A program made the translations under genes and the position numbers. The notes under the pieces were generated by a model. That model ran no database searches and was not told where the DNA came from. It saw only the letters and a program-made list of their open reading frames with translations. From the NCBI GenBank assembly GCA_016839705.1, contig JAEOTR010000044.1, positions 33,874 to 97,873 on the forward strand: a stretch of DNA of 64,000 nt. Direction: 5' to 3'. Shown here piece by piece: positions 20,857 to 29,984 of this stretch (positions are counted from its first letter, which is position 1; each line of letters starts with the position of its first letter). This stretch comes from Promethearchaeota archaeon. Its GTDB lineage: Archaea; Asgardarchaeota; Lokiarchaeia; Sigyniarchaeales; SOKP01.

Positions 20857-21510
20857 ATGTCCTTAGAAGAAACTATAAGGGAAACCATCTTTGAATGGGA
20901 TGAGGATAAGTTAAAAGAAATCTGCCGTTCTAGTATCAAGAAAAAACAACAATCCGCAGCAGAATTATTGAAAATCATCGGAAAAGTAATGCAATTCATA
21001 GGTAAACAATTTGAGGATGAGGAGATCTTCCTACCTGATTTAGTAGGTTCTGCAAATGTCGTAAAAAACACAATAGACGAAGTATTAGATCCTTTAATAA
21101 AAGAATCTGGTGAAAGCAAGGAAACATTGGGAAAGGTTGTCATAGGGACGGTTGAGGGTGATGTTCATAGTATAGGTAAAGATCTTGTTGGAAGTTTTCT
21201 TTTCGCTAATGGATTCGAAGTGTTTAATTTGGGAGAAGAAGTCCCCGCATCGAAATTTGTTGATAAAGCAGAGGAATTGGGCGCACAAGTTATTGGTCTT
21301 TCCTCTTTATTAACAATGTCAATGGGATTTCAACGTGAAGTCATAAAAGAGCTTAATAATCGGGGATTGAGAGATAAATATATAGTAATTATTGGTGGTT
21401 CTCCAACGTCAATGGAGTATGCAGAAGAAATTGGTGCCGATGGCTGGGCTGATGATGCAATAGAAGCAGTAGATCTAATAAAAAATTTACTTAGCAATAA
21501 TAAAAAATAA
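20857..21510 (+). CDS. Methyltransferase corrinoid protein (MttC/MtbC-like)
   Basis: B12-binding cap plus GTVEGDVHSIGKDLV (DxHxxG), GLSSLLT, IIGGSP, IGADGW. Confidence 0.93.
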   Translation: MSLEETIRETIFEWDEDKLKEICRSSIKKKQQSAAELLKIIGKVMQFIGKQFEDEEIFLPDLVGSANVVKNTIDEVLDPLIKESGESKETLGKVVIGTVEGDVHSIGKDLVGSFLFANGFEVFNLGEEVPASKFVDKAEELGAQVIGLSSLLTMSMGFQREVIKELNNRGLRDKYIVIIGGSPTSMEYAEEIGADGWADDAIEAVDLIKNLLSNNKK

Positions 21511-21522
21511 AAGTGGTAGATA

Positions 21523-23049
21523 ATGAAGTTAAAGAAGATAGAAATTCTCTCGACTGACGAAATACAATCTATTCATTCTGCATCAATGGAGCTTCTCTCC
21601 ACTGTAGGAATTAATATTGATTCTCCCTCTGCTAGACAATTGTTTAAAGAGAATGGAGCGGAAATAAGTGATAAAAACTTATTTATTAAAATTCCAGAAA
21701 CACTTATCAAGGAAAAATTAAGAGGGGTTCCAAATTCTTTTAAATTATATGGAGCTGATGGAAAATTCAATTTTGAAGTGAACACTTCAACTACTCAGTT
21801 TGCGACTATTGGAACCCCTGTGAAAATTCATGATCCATCAAAAAAGAGTGGAGTTAGAAAGACTGTCCTCGCAGATACAATTCAGCAGATTAGGATTGTT
21901 GATTCCTTGAAAAACATAAACTGTTCTCATATAGATGTTTGGCCTAATGATGTTAATTATCTTTCTCTTCATGCTCACTGTATCTATCAATGGGTGCATA
22001 ATACTCGAAAACCTTATGGACTTGGATGCTTAGGAAGATTAGCAAGCCAAGATATGATGAATATGGCCTCTTTTATAGTAGGAAGTGAGGAGGAACTTAT
22101 TAATAATGCAAGATTTGTAGGTTTCATGAATCCCACCAGCCCGTTGCATCTACCTCAATTAATGACAAATGGGCTTGAAATTTTCGCAAAATATAAACAG
22201 CCCACAATAATTGCCCCAGAAGCTCTTGCTGGAGCAACTGCACCTGTGACCCTAGCTGGTCTCTTGACGCAAACCAATGCCGAAATCATAGGAGGAATCA
22301 TACTGGCCCAGCTTTATAATTCTGGAGCACCTGTATTTTTTGGTACAGTTTCTACTGTTACGGATATGAAATCTGGAAATGCAGCATTGGGATCAATTGA
22401 GACAGGGCTAATAACTACTGCAGTTGCTCAATTAGCTCGATTTTATGACATCCCATCCAGAGGGCCTGGTGGTATAACTGATTCAAAAGTACTTGACATT
22501 CAATGTGGTTTTGAACGATTACAAACGTTATTGATTGCCGTTCAAGCCGGAATAAATTACATAACTTGTGCTGGTACTTATGAAGAAACTTTAGTTGAAG
22601 CATTAGAACTCCTTGTAATCGATGATGAGTTGGTAGATATAGCTAAACGTTTGCTTGAAGGGATTAATGTAAGTGAAGAGACAATTGCATTAGATGTTAT
22701 AAAAAAAGTTGTTACCAATCCCAAAAAAGGCGTGAATTACTTAGGTGAAGCCCATACTCGTAAGTTTATGCGAGAAGAATTGTATTTTCCTGTCTTGATT
22801 GATAGAAATAGAAGATCAACATGGCGAAAAAAGGGATCTAAAGACATTATTACTCGAGCACATGATAAAGTAGAGAAAATTCTTCAATCATTTACTGCTC
22901 CTGAAGTGGATAAAGAAATTGAGAAACAGCTTTTAAATTATATTAAAGATGTTGAGAAAAGAACATTAGATCATTATAAAAATGCTGAGGGGATATCCTC
23001 TGGAAGTGTATCTCTTCCCGGGGTAGATGTTTCAATTGAAGATAAATAA
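21523..23049 (+). CDS. MttB-superfamily methyltransferase lacking pyrrolysine (MtgB-like)
   Basis: LAGATAPVTLAG, DMKSG..GSIE, PSRGPGG-I-TDSKVLDIQCGFE. No in-frame amber codon. Directly follows the corrinoid gene. Confidence 0.9.
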   Translation: MKLKKIEILSTDEIQSIHSASMELLSTVGINIDSPSARQLFKENGAEISDKNLFIKIPETLIKEKLRGVPNSFKLYGADGKFNFEVNTSTTQFATIGTPVKIHDPSKKSGVRKTVLADTIQQIRIVDSLKNINCSHIDVWPNDVNYLSLHAHCIYQWVHNTRKPYGLGCLGRLASQDMMNMASFIVGSEEELINNARFVGFMNPTSPLHLPQLMTNGLEIFAKYKQPTIIAPEALAGATAPVTLAGLLTQTNAEIIGGIILAQLYNSGAPVFFGTVSTVTDMKSGNAALGSIETGLITTAVAQLARFYDIPSRGPGGITDSKVLDIQCGFERLQTLLIAVQAGINYITCAGTYEETLVEALELLVIDDELVDIAKRLLEGINVSEETIALDVIKKVVTNPKKGVNYLGEAHTRKFMREELYFPVLIDRNRRSTWRKKGSKDIITRAHDKVEKILQSFTAPEVDKEIEKQLLNYIKDVEKRTLDHYKNAEGISSGSVSLPGVDVSIEDK

Positions 23050-23052
23050 TAT

Positions 23053-23760
23053 TTATCTCAATTCAATAGTTTTTTTTTTGAATAACCTTGTAAAGTCTAC
23101 TTTTAACATAAGATAAACCATTATTATAACTAAATATATAGTGATAATGCTAAATATCCAATTTTCCCCCCCGATAAATTGACAGACATTAAATAGGTTA
23201 TAAGCAAAGATAAGCATTAAACCTAATTTTCCCAACCAAACAAAGAGAATGGTTTTTTTTGCATCATACTTAATTATCCCTAAAGGAACCGTTATCATAT
23301 CATCGTTTAGGGGAGTAAATCCGAAAAGAAAGATAAGAAAGGGTGCTAGCCTTGGATGGTTGACTAAATACTGTTGATAATCCTTTAATTTTTGCATTCT
23401 ATCATCTGAAATGATTTCAGCAGCACCTCTACCAATTAAGTAGCCTCCCATTTCACCAACTAAACACCCCAACGATGCAACTATACCTACTAAAAGTGGA
23501 ATAATAAAGTTTATTTGAAGAAATGGTAAAGAAGAAAAACAAACCACAAAAGTATAAGGAGTAGGAACTGGAAGCAGATTACCTATAAAACAAACCCAAA
23601 AAGTAATAAGAAGTCCTGCTCCCAAGTTTTGGAAAGGTGTATACTTAGATATATTTTCAATAGCTTCCCGGTGAGATACATTGATGGCTAAATCAACAGA
23701 GAGGATGGTGACAATAATTATTAAAATTAGGAAAATATAGTCGACTTTCTTTAACTTCAA
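23053..23760 (-). CDS. DedA/VTT (SNARE-associated) membrane protein
   Basis: LGCLVGEMGGYLIGRG and FLFGFTPLNDD..VPLG, multiple TMs. Confidence 0.85.
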   Translation of the reverse strand: MKLKKVDYIFLILIIIVTILSVDLAINVSHREAIENISKYTPFQNLGAGLLITFWVCFIGNLLPVPTPYTFVVCFSSLPFLQINFIIPLLVGIVASLGCLVGEMGGYLIGRGAAEIISDDRMQKLKDYQQYLVNHPRLAPFLIFLFGFTPLNDDMITVPLGIIKYDAKKTILFVWLGKLGLMLIFAYNLFNVCQFIGGENWIFSIITIYLVIIMVYLMLKVDFTRLFKKKTIELR

Positions 23761-23835
23761 TTTTATAGCTAATTTTCAATTTAATTAAGTTAGATAAAAG
23801 ATTGCAAATTTTATACTTATTTATTTGAATCTGTA

Positions 23836-23991
23836 CTAAACAGGAAAAGAGATTACGACAATAATTACACTTATAATGATACTAAGAAAAAATAGCAATA
23901 TTATAAGGAGTGAAAGACCTGTTTTTCTTCTACTTCTTTTGCTAATTTTAGCTCGTGATTTTTGACGGATTCTATATTTTACTCGACTCAT
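23836..23991 (-). CDS. Unannotated 51-aa basic tail-anchored membrane microprotein
   Basis: MSRVKYRIRQKSRAKISKRSRRKTGLSLLIILLFFLSIIISVIIVVISFPV*, ATG 23991 to TAG 23836, co-oriented with both neighbours. Confidence 0.65.
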   Translation of the reverse strand: MSRVKYRIRQKSRAKISKRSRRKTGLSLLIILLFFLSIIISVIIVVISFPV

Positions 23992-24026
23992 TATTCTCTA
24001 TATCTAATAAATGTTAATAATAAATT

Positions 24027-24710
24027 CTAATTGTTTTGATCATCACGCTTTTTTAACAATTCGGTTAAAACAACATTACTGTATGAGAATAGCATTCTTG
24101 GGATATAATTTTCAGCTAAATAAGGTCCATCTTCGACATCTTCCTTTAACGGGAAGAGTTGCTTTTCTTTAATAACAGAATCTAAGTAAATTCTATCATA
24201 TTCTTTATAACCATATATTTTATTCTTCACAATCACCATTTTTCTCTCATAACCTTCGGGTACCCCTGCCTTTTCTAAAAGTAATAGGATTTTTTCTCTC
24301 GATAAAGATTCAAATAATTCCAGATCTTCATCCGTACCCTCGTAAGTAGGACCTGTTTGTGCTTCGGAATAGTCTACCTCTTCCTCTAATCCAATCATTG
24401 TTTTAAATCCTTTGGTTTCATTTCCTTCATCTACAGATGATATTTTAAATGCAATACCATATCGATCTCTTATACTGGGTGCTATTTTTGCAGAAATAAA
24501 TTTCATCCGTGTAGTCACATTATTACCCTGCCAAATCCATACTCTATATTGTTTTGGATCTACAAAAAGAAGGATAAATTCTGAATCCAATAATTCATAT
24601 AAAGGGATATCTCCTTCTAATTCTAATTCTTGGTATTCGCTTAATGCATCACTAAATTGAAACACTAGAATTTTTTCTTTTTCTTCCTGAGGTAAGGTTT
24701 CTTCTGACAT
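24027..24710 (-). CDS. Gelsolin/villin-domain protein with a C-terminal extra domain
   Basis: LDSEFILLFVD..RVWIWQGNNVT.RMKF.SA.IA..I....ISSVDEGNETKGF matches the gelsolin repeat pattern. Confidence 0.8.
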   Translation of the reverse strand: MSEETLPQEEKEKILVFQFSDALSEYQELELEGDIPLYELLDSEFILLFVDPKQYRVWIWQGNNVTTRMKFISAKIAPSIRDRYGIAFKISSVDEGNETKGFKTMIGLEEEVDYSEAQTGPTYEGTDEDLELFESLSREKILLLLEKAGVPEGYERKMVIVKNKIYGYKEYDRIYLDSVIKEKQLFPLKEDVEDGPYLAENYIPRMLFSYSNVVLTELLKKRDDQNN

Positions 24711-24792
24711 AATGCTGTTTTTTAAGTATTCTATTTATAATACTATATAATTTTTTTCTTATATTATTATCTTTACCTTATCAGTAAATAAA

Positions 24793-24877
24793 TGCGGGAA
24801 GGGAGATTTGAACTCCCGAACTCCTTTGAGAATGGATTCTGAGTCCACCGCCTTAGACCAGACTTGGCAATTCCCGC
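24793..24877 (-). tRNA. tRNA-Leu (anticodon CAG), intronless, CCA not encoded
   Basis: GCGGGAA/TTCCCGC acceptor stem, anticodon arm GTGGA-CTCAGAA-TCCAT, long variable arm, GGAGTTCAAATCTCC T arm. Confidence 0.96.
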
Positions 24878-24916
24878 AATTTTTTAATAAATCTGTGTGA
24901 CCCATATTCCTCTAAT

Positions 24917-25765
24917 TTATTCGTCTTTCATTTCATTTAGTTTTTTATCTATTACTTCTCGCATATATTTGAATCCTGGAGTTAACTTTTCATCTAATTG
25001 TGGAATTAATTGTCTTAAAGGAAACTTTAAACCCTGACCCGCTCCCGTTTGGAATAAATTTTCCAATACATAGAAAATGTAGCTTGCGGGCATTCCAATT
25101 CCTAGTTCATGATCTTGAATTCCAGCAAATGAGCGATCCCCCGTGCCAGGGATGACAATTTGGGCTTTTCGGGTAATAAACGGCATTAATCCTCCCTTAG
25201 CGCAACTTTCTCCGAAACCTTCAAAGGTTGATTGTATTCTATATTTACGTTTGTGTTCATAACTTAATGCGTTTATAATGTACGTGAGTTTTGGTCCATC
25301 ACAATAGATTAATATGGAATCTGGAATAACGGGAGTTTCTATCAGTGGAGCGACAATTACGCCACGATATGCTAATTCTATAATATTTTTAAAGTTATTT
25401 GCATATGTATGTTCGGCTCTCCTTTTTTCAGCTTGAACGTCTTTCGACCATTTTTGACGCACTTGAGATTCTGTAAATTCTTCCATCGTGAGAGGAACCC
25501 ATCCATGCGCAACGGATGACGGAGTGCAAAAGTTGTCCGCTGCTGTGATGCATAATTTCTGGCGAAATCTACGAGCATAAGTAAAAGCTTGGCAAATTGA
25601 CATCTTTTCTCCATTATCTATAGGTCTTCTTACTCCTGGAGGGATATCGTTCTCAAGATCTTTTATATACTTTATCGACACTGGAAAAGAATTAAGATGT
25701 AGTTTCTGGAATATTTCTTCTCCTGCATTTTGATAATCCTCCAAAGTCTTATTTTTACTACTCAT
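24917..25765 (-). CDS. DUF169 family protein
   Basis: PVSIKY, SICQAF..AR, FC, IPG.GDR.FAG...HELGIGMP pattern. Confidence 0.8.
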   Translation of the reverse strand: MSSKNKTLEDYQNAGEEIFQKLHLNSFPVSIKYIKDLENDIPPGVRRPIDNGEKMSICQAFTYARRFRQKLCITAADNFCTPSSVAHGWVPLTMEEFTESQVRQKWSKDVQAEKRRAEHTYANNFKNIIELAYRGVIVAPLIETPVIPDSILIYCDGPKLTYIINALSYEHKRKYRIQSTFEGFGESCAKGGLMPFITRKAQIVIPGTGDRSFAGIQDHELGIGMPASYIFYVLENLFQTGAGQGLKFPLRQLIPQLDEKLTPGFKYMREVIDKKLNEMKDE

Positions 25766-25817
25766 AATATATTTATCCTCTATTTTTTATTTTATTAATG
25801 TATTTTCTATTTGTTTC

Positions 25818-25837
25818 TGACAATATGGATATTGTCA
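25818..25837. promoter_or_regulatory. Inverted repeat TGACAATA-N4-TATTGTCA upstream of the DUF169 gene (possible operator)
   Basis: Perfect 8-bp arms about 50 nt before the ATG at 25765. Confidence 0.3.
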
Positions 25838-25904
25838 TTCTCTGGTGAACAAATTAAAATTCCAAGAAATAAGATTAAGTGATTAAGAAAAAATAGTAAA
25901 AAAT

Positions 25905-28058
25905 TTATCTTAACTCTAATTTTTCCTCACAATACGGACAATGCAGGGGTAATTCCTCATCGCAAGTTTCCAGTTCTTCGCTGCTTAGAATATTCTTCCA
26001 ACAAACTAATTTCTCTCCTTTTTTAACCATATCTCTGCCATGATGTTGAGGTATTATATCCTTAGTCTCACAATTACTGCATACTATTAATTTAGATTCA
26101 CTTTCTAGCTGCTCTGTGGTAATCTCCTTATATAAAAATTTATATCTGAAGATTGTCATACTATTCAGCATGATAGCAAGACTTAATCCCATATCCCCCA
26201 AGCCGACCGCAACCCATAAGCTCATAAAACCGATTACTGTCAGAATTGCAAAAGCAACTTTAATGATTATAGAAGACCATATATTTTCTTTGACCTTCTT
26301 GTTTGTTTTCTTAGCAATATCAATGTAAGTAAGAATTTTCTTTAGATCATCATTAATTATAATAATATCAGCAGTTTCGAGTGTGATGTCCGTAGCAGAA
26401 GCACCTATCGCAATTCCCAAATCTGAAAGGGCTAAAGCAGGAGCATCATTTATCCCATCCCCAACCATCGCTACACCTTTATATTGTTCTTTAAGGTTTT
26501 GGATCTCTTGGAGCTTTTGGTCGGGTAAATGTTCTCCATATGCACGATCTATATCCAAGCAAGCCCCAATTGAATTACAAACTCTCTGATTATCGCCAGA
26601 TATCAAAATTGTTTCAAATCCTCTTTTTTTTAATCCTTTTACTAGAATCGGAGCTGAAACTCTCAGTACATCTCTTATTGTAAGTATTCCTAATAAATGC
26701 TGTTCATTTCCCAATAGTACAGGGATTGTCCCTGAATTTTCAATTTCTATAATATCATCAATTGGAAGTTCATAGCTCAAATCCTCGAAGAATTTCTGAC
26801 TTCCAATATAGAAAAACTCACCGTTAATTTTTCCTTTAATACCTCTTCCTTTGATAACTTCAAATTCATCAACATTTTGAAAAGGAAGTCCCATTTTTTT
26901 AGCTTGATTAACAATAGTTTTACCAATCGGATGCTCTGAAAGCGATTCTAAGCTAGCTGCAACACTAACTACATCTGATTTAGAAATCCCATTATAATGA
27001 AAAATGTCGAATATTTTGAGCTTTCCTTCGGTGAGTGTACCCGTCTTATCAAATGCAAACACTTCAATGTCTTGAATTTTTTCAATAAATTTATTTCCCT
27101 TAACCAAAATACCCTCCCTTGCTAATTTTGTTAAAGATGCAATGTTTGCTAAGGGGGTAGATAAGGTTAAAGCACAAGGGCAAGATACAACTAATAAAAC
27201 CAAACCACGATAAAACCAATCATAGAAATTTAAATTGAATAATACCGGTATGATCATTACAAAGATAGAGGATAAAAGGATGATTGGTGTGTAATATTTC
27301 GCAAATTTCTCAATGAACCTCTCATGCACACTCTTATTTTGCAGGGCAATTTTAACACTTTCAGCGATCTGAGCTACTATTGTATTTTTACTTTCACGAA
27401 TTACTTCAATATCTACAAAACTATCAGAATTTATGCTTGCAGCGAAAACTTCTTTACCTTCCTTTTTAAAAATAGGGATTGATTCCCCAGTAATTGCACT
27501 TTCATCAAAGTAAGAGCCTCCCTTAACAATTATACCATCCAACGGGACTTTCATTCCTGGTTTTATCCCTATTATATTCCCTATTCTAATTTCTTTAGAG
27601 GGGACATTCTCATAACCTTTGTCAGTTTTCAGCAAAGCATCATCTGGTGCCAACTCGAGTAATTCTTTTATTGCATTCCTTGATTTATCTGCCGTTAGTT
27701 CTTCTAATCTTTCTGCTATTGCATATAGGAGTATGGCAGTTGCCCCTTCCTGCCCATGAAGGATAAAAAAGGATGCGACACCAGCGATTAACATTAATAT
27801 ATTTGCAGTGATTCTCTTATTCTTAATATCCTCAATAGCTTCTTTTACCACTCCTGAACTAGATAGAAAAATTGAAACAATCGCTAAGCTCTGATCTATT
27901 ATTTTCAATTCAAAAAATACTTCAATCAAAATTGAAAATGCAAGTACTATTCCCGCAGGAATTAGGAACTGCCAGAAATGTTCTTCAAAAAAAGACTCTT
28001 CCTCAAACTCGTCATCTAAATCTTCACAGACCGCACTCGAACACTCTATCCTAGTAAT
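25905..28058 (-). CDS. Heavy-metal P1B-type ATPase (Zn/Cd-type, ZntA/CadA-like) with a C-terminal Cys/His domain
   Basis: TGES, SCPCAL, FDKTGTLT, SEHP, GDGINDAP. Frame stays open 43 codons above the tracked TTG, up to ATT 28058, 6 nt after AGGTGA. The extension adds CSSAVC, an acidic stretch and a TM helix. Confidence 0.92.
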   Translation of the reverse strand: MTRIECSSAVCEDLDDEFEEESFFEEHFWQFLIPAGIVLAFSILIEVFFELKIIDQSLAIVSIFLSSSGVVKEAIEDIKNKRITANILMLIAGVASFFILHGQEGATAILLYAIAERLEELTADKSRNAIKELLELAPDDALLKTDKGYENVPSKEIRIGNIIGIKPGMKVPLDGIIVKGGSYFDESAITGESIPIFKKEGKEVFAASINSDSFVDIEVIRESKNTIVAQIAESVKIALQNKSVHERFIEKFAKYYTPIILLSSIFVMIIPVLFNLNFYDWFYRGLVLLVVSCPCALTLSTPLANIASLTKLAREGILVKGNKFIEKIQDIEVFAFDKTGTLTEGKLKIFDIFHYNGISKSDVVSVAASLESLSEHPIGKTIVNQAKKMGLPFQNVDEFEVIKGRGIKGKINGEFFYIGSQKFFEDLSYELPIDDIIEIENSGTIPVLLGNEQHLLGILTIRDVLRVSAPILVKGLKKRGFETILISGDNQRVCNSIGACLDIDRAYGEHLPDQKLQEIQNLKEQYKGVAMVGDGINDAPALALSDLGIAIGASATDITLETADIIIINDDLKKILTYIDIAKKTNKKVKENIWSSIIIKVAFAILTVIGFMSLWVAVGLGDMGLSLAIMLNSMTIFRYKFLYKEITTEQLESESKLIVCSNCETKDIIPQHHGRDMVKKGEKLVCWKNILSSEELETCDEELPLHCPYCEEKLELR

Positions 28059-28234
28059 CGATTCTCACCTAATTATATGTTGTTTCTCCTTACATTAGAA
28101 TTTAACATTTATACGCTATAAAAACAAAGATTTATGATTGATATCTATTAAGGAGATATCTAAAAATTTATTATTTTATATAGATTTTTTTAAAGATCTG
28201 CTAGGGAATGTCGAAGATTTAATTCTTCTTACTT

Positions 28235-29866
28235 TTATAATTCAACAATATTACCACAGTTTAAAATTAAGGATGGATCCAGGACTCTCTTAAGTAGACG
28301 CATTTCCTCGAGTTCTTTTTGATTATACATTATTTTCAAGTATTCTCGTTTAATTTTACCAATTCCGTGTTCTCCAGAGATGCTCCCACCGTATTTTACT
28401 GCTTTTATTGCAAATTTTTCATAAATCTTTTCACCTAATCGTAATTCCTCCATATTTTGGGGGAGTATGTTTACATGTACATGATTATCTCCAATATGAC
28501 CAAAAATAACATATTCTAAATTTGCACTTTGTAAACCATTATGATAAAATTTCATCATTTTCCTGAAACTATTTTCAGGTACACTCATATCTGTTCCAAG
28601 CTTATGTAATTGTGGGAATTGCTGTTTACGTTCAGCAATTATTGCATTGATTATTTCAGGTAAAATATGTCTAAAGTGTTTAAATCGAGTAAGATCTTGA
28701 TTTTCATAACCTGACCAACCGTTTGATAAATCAGAATTGCAATTTTCTGCAATACTTCTTAATTCATCAAAAATCTTATCCAGACTTTCTTCTGAGTAGG
28801 TGAAATCAAAAAATATAGCCGTTTTTGCTTCTATGGGGATTTTAGGTACTTTCATTGAGCTAGGATCTTTGCTTTGGACTTTTTTTAGAAGGTCTAATGC
28901 TTCCCCAGAAAAAAACTCTATGAATTCTGGAGATATAATCTCATTTTCTCTCAGTAGTTCAACAAAAGTAATTGAATCCTCTTCAGATTTAAAGAACAAA
29001 ATATTTGAAACTAATGATCGCTTTTCAATAATCCAAATGTCAATTTGTGTGATAATACCTAAAATTCCTTCACTACCAATGAACAGATCAATAAGATCCA
29101 TATTTGGTTTAGAATAAATTCCTGCTGCATTTTTTACAGAGGTGTTGAATATATAATTGGGAATTTTAAATTGCAATTTTTGCCCATTCGATTTGTTTAT
29201 AATAAATTTCCCTTCTTCTGAAGAAAAACATTCTCCTCGTTGAATATCTAAAATTTCACCAGATGATAACATGACCCTTAATCCCTTAATCCATTCTCTA
29301 GTGGGACCATACTTTAGTGTATTGGCTCCTGAGGCATTTGTAGCTACGGTTCCACCTATTGTTGCAGACATTTCAGTTGGATCAACAGGATAAAAATAAG
29401 ATTTTTTTGACGCCATGAATTTTTGTGTAGCATTTGAAGTAAGTTCAGGGATCTGGTCAAGTTCCTTCTTATTCAAAATATCATCTATTTCCTTTAAGGT
29501 GATTCCCGGTTCAGTCCGAATGAAATACTTCCCCTTATCTTCATCAATGCCAAATCCGATAATATCCTTCATTTTCTCAGTTGATAAAACAGAATCCCCT
29601 GAAGGAACGCATGAACCAACAATCCCTGTTCGAGCGGCACTGATACATGTTCTAAGGTTATTCTTCCTCAAGAAACTCAGTATTGATGCAATTTCCGCCT
29701 CAGATCTAGGAAAAAATAACCAATCTGCCAGTCCATTTGATTTGCTCTCATCCATTAGATATATTGGAAAATCCGTTAAAATTCTTGATTTTCCGTGAAC
29801 AGAGCGGATTTCATCAAAAGGAACCTCTTCCACTATTTTTTCTGAGTTAACAATATGACTGGGCAA
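28235..29866 (-). CDS. FAD-linked oxidase, GlcD/D-lactate dehydrogenase family
   Basis: PVDPTEMSATIGGTVATNASG, GSEGILGIIT, FGHIGDNHVH, SGEHGIGK, DPSLILN. Confidence 0.92.
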   Translation of the reverse strand: MPSHIVNSEKIVEEVPFDEIRSVHGKSRILTDFPIYLMDESKSNGLADWLFFPRSEAEIASILSFLRKNNLRTCISAARTGIVGSCVPSGDSVLSTEKMKDIIGFGIDEDKGKYFIRTEPGITLKEIDDILNKKELDQIPELTSNATQKFMASKKSYFYPVDPTEMSATIGGTVATNASGANTLKYGPTREWIKGLRVMLSSGEILDIQRGECFSSEEGKFIINKSNGQKLQFKIPNYIFNTSVKNAAGIYSKPNMDLIDLFIGSEGILGIITQIDIWIIEKRSLVSNILFFKSEEDSITFVELLRENEIISPEFIEFFSGEALDLLKKVQSKDPSSMKVPKIPIEAKTAIFFDFTYSEESLDKIFDELRSIAENCNSDLSNGWSGYENQDLTRFKHFRHILPEIINAIIAERKQQFPQLHKLGTDMSVPENSFRKMMKFYHNGLQSANLEYVIFGHIGDNHVHVNILPQNMEELRLGEKIYEKFAIKAVKYGGSISGEHGIGKIKREYLKIMYNQKELEEMRLLKRVLDPSLILNCGNIVEL

Positions 29867-29984
29867 GATTTTAATTCTCTTTAGCTCTATTAATATCTAA
29901 AGATGCTATAGTAAAATAAATATCTATTGAGAAAAAAGGTTTAAGGTTTTAATTGCATTCAAAGTAAAAAATTGTTTCAATACA

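Noticed and set aside
21523-23049. Pyrrolysine recoding in MttB
   Set aside because: The ORF is full length with no in-frame TAG.
24793-24877. tRNA as an integration site or intron-containing tRNA
   Set aside because: The cloverleaf is contiguous. I saw no integrase and no duplicated tRNA 3' end in the window.
28065-28067. In-frame TGA upstream of the P1B-ATPase as Sec
   Set aside because: It is part of the AGGTGA SD site. Upstream there is no canonical start before the next stop, and I saw no convincing SECIS after the gene.
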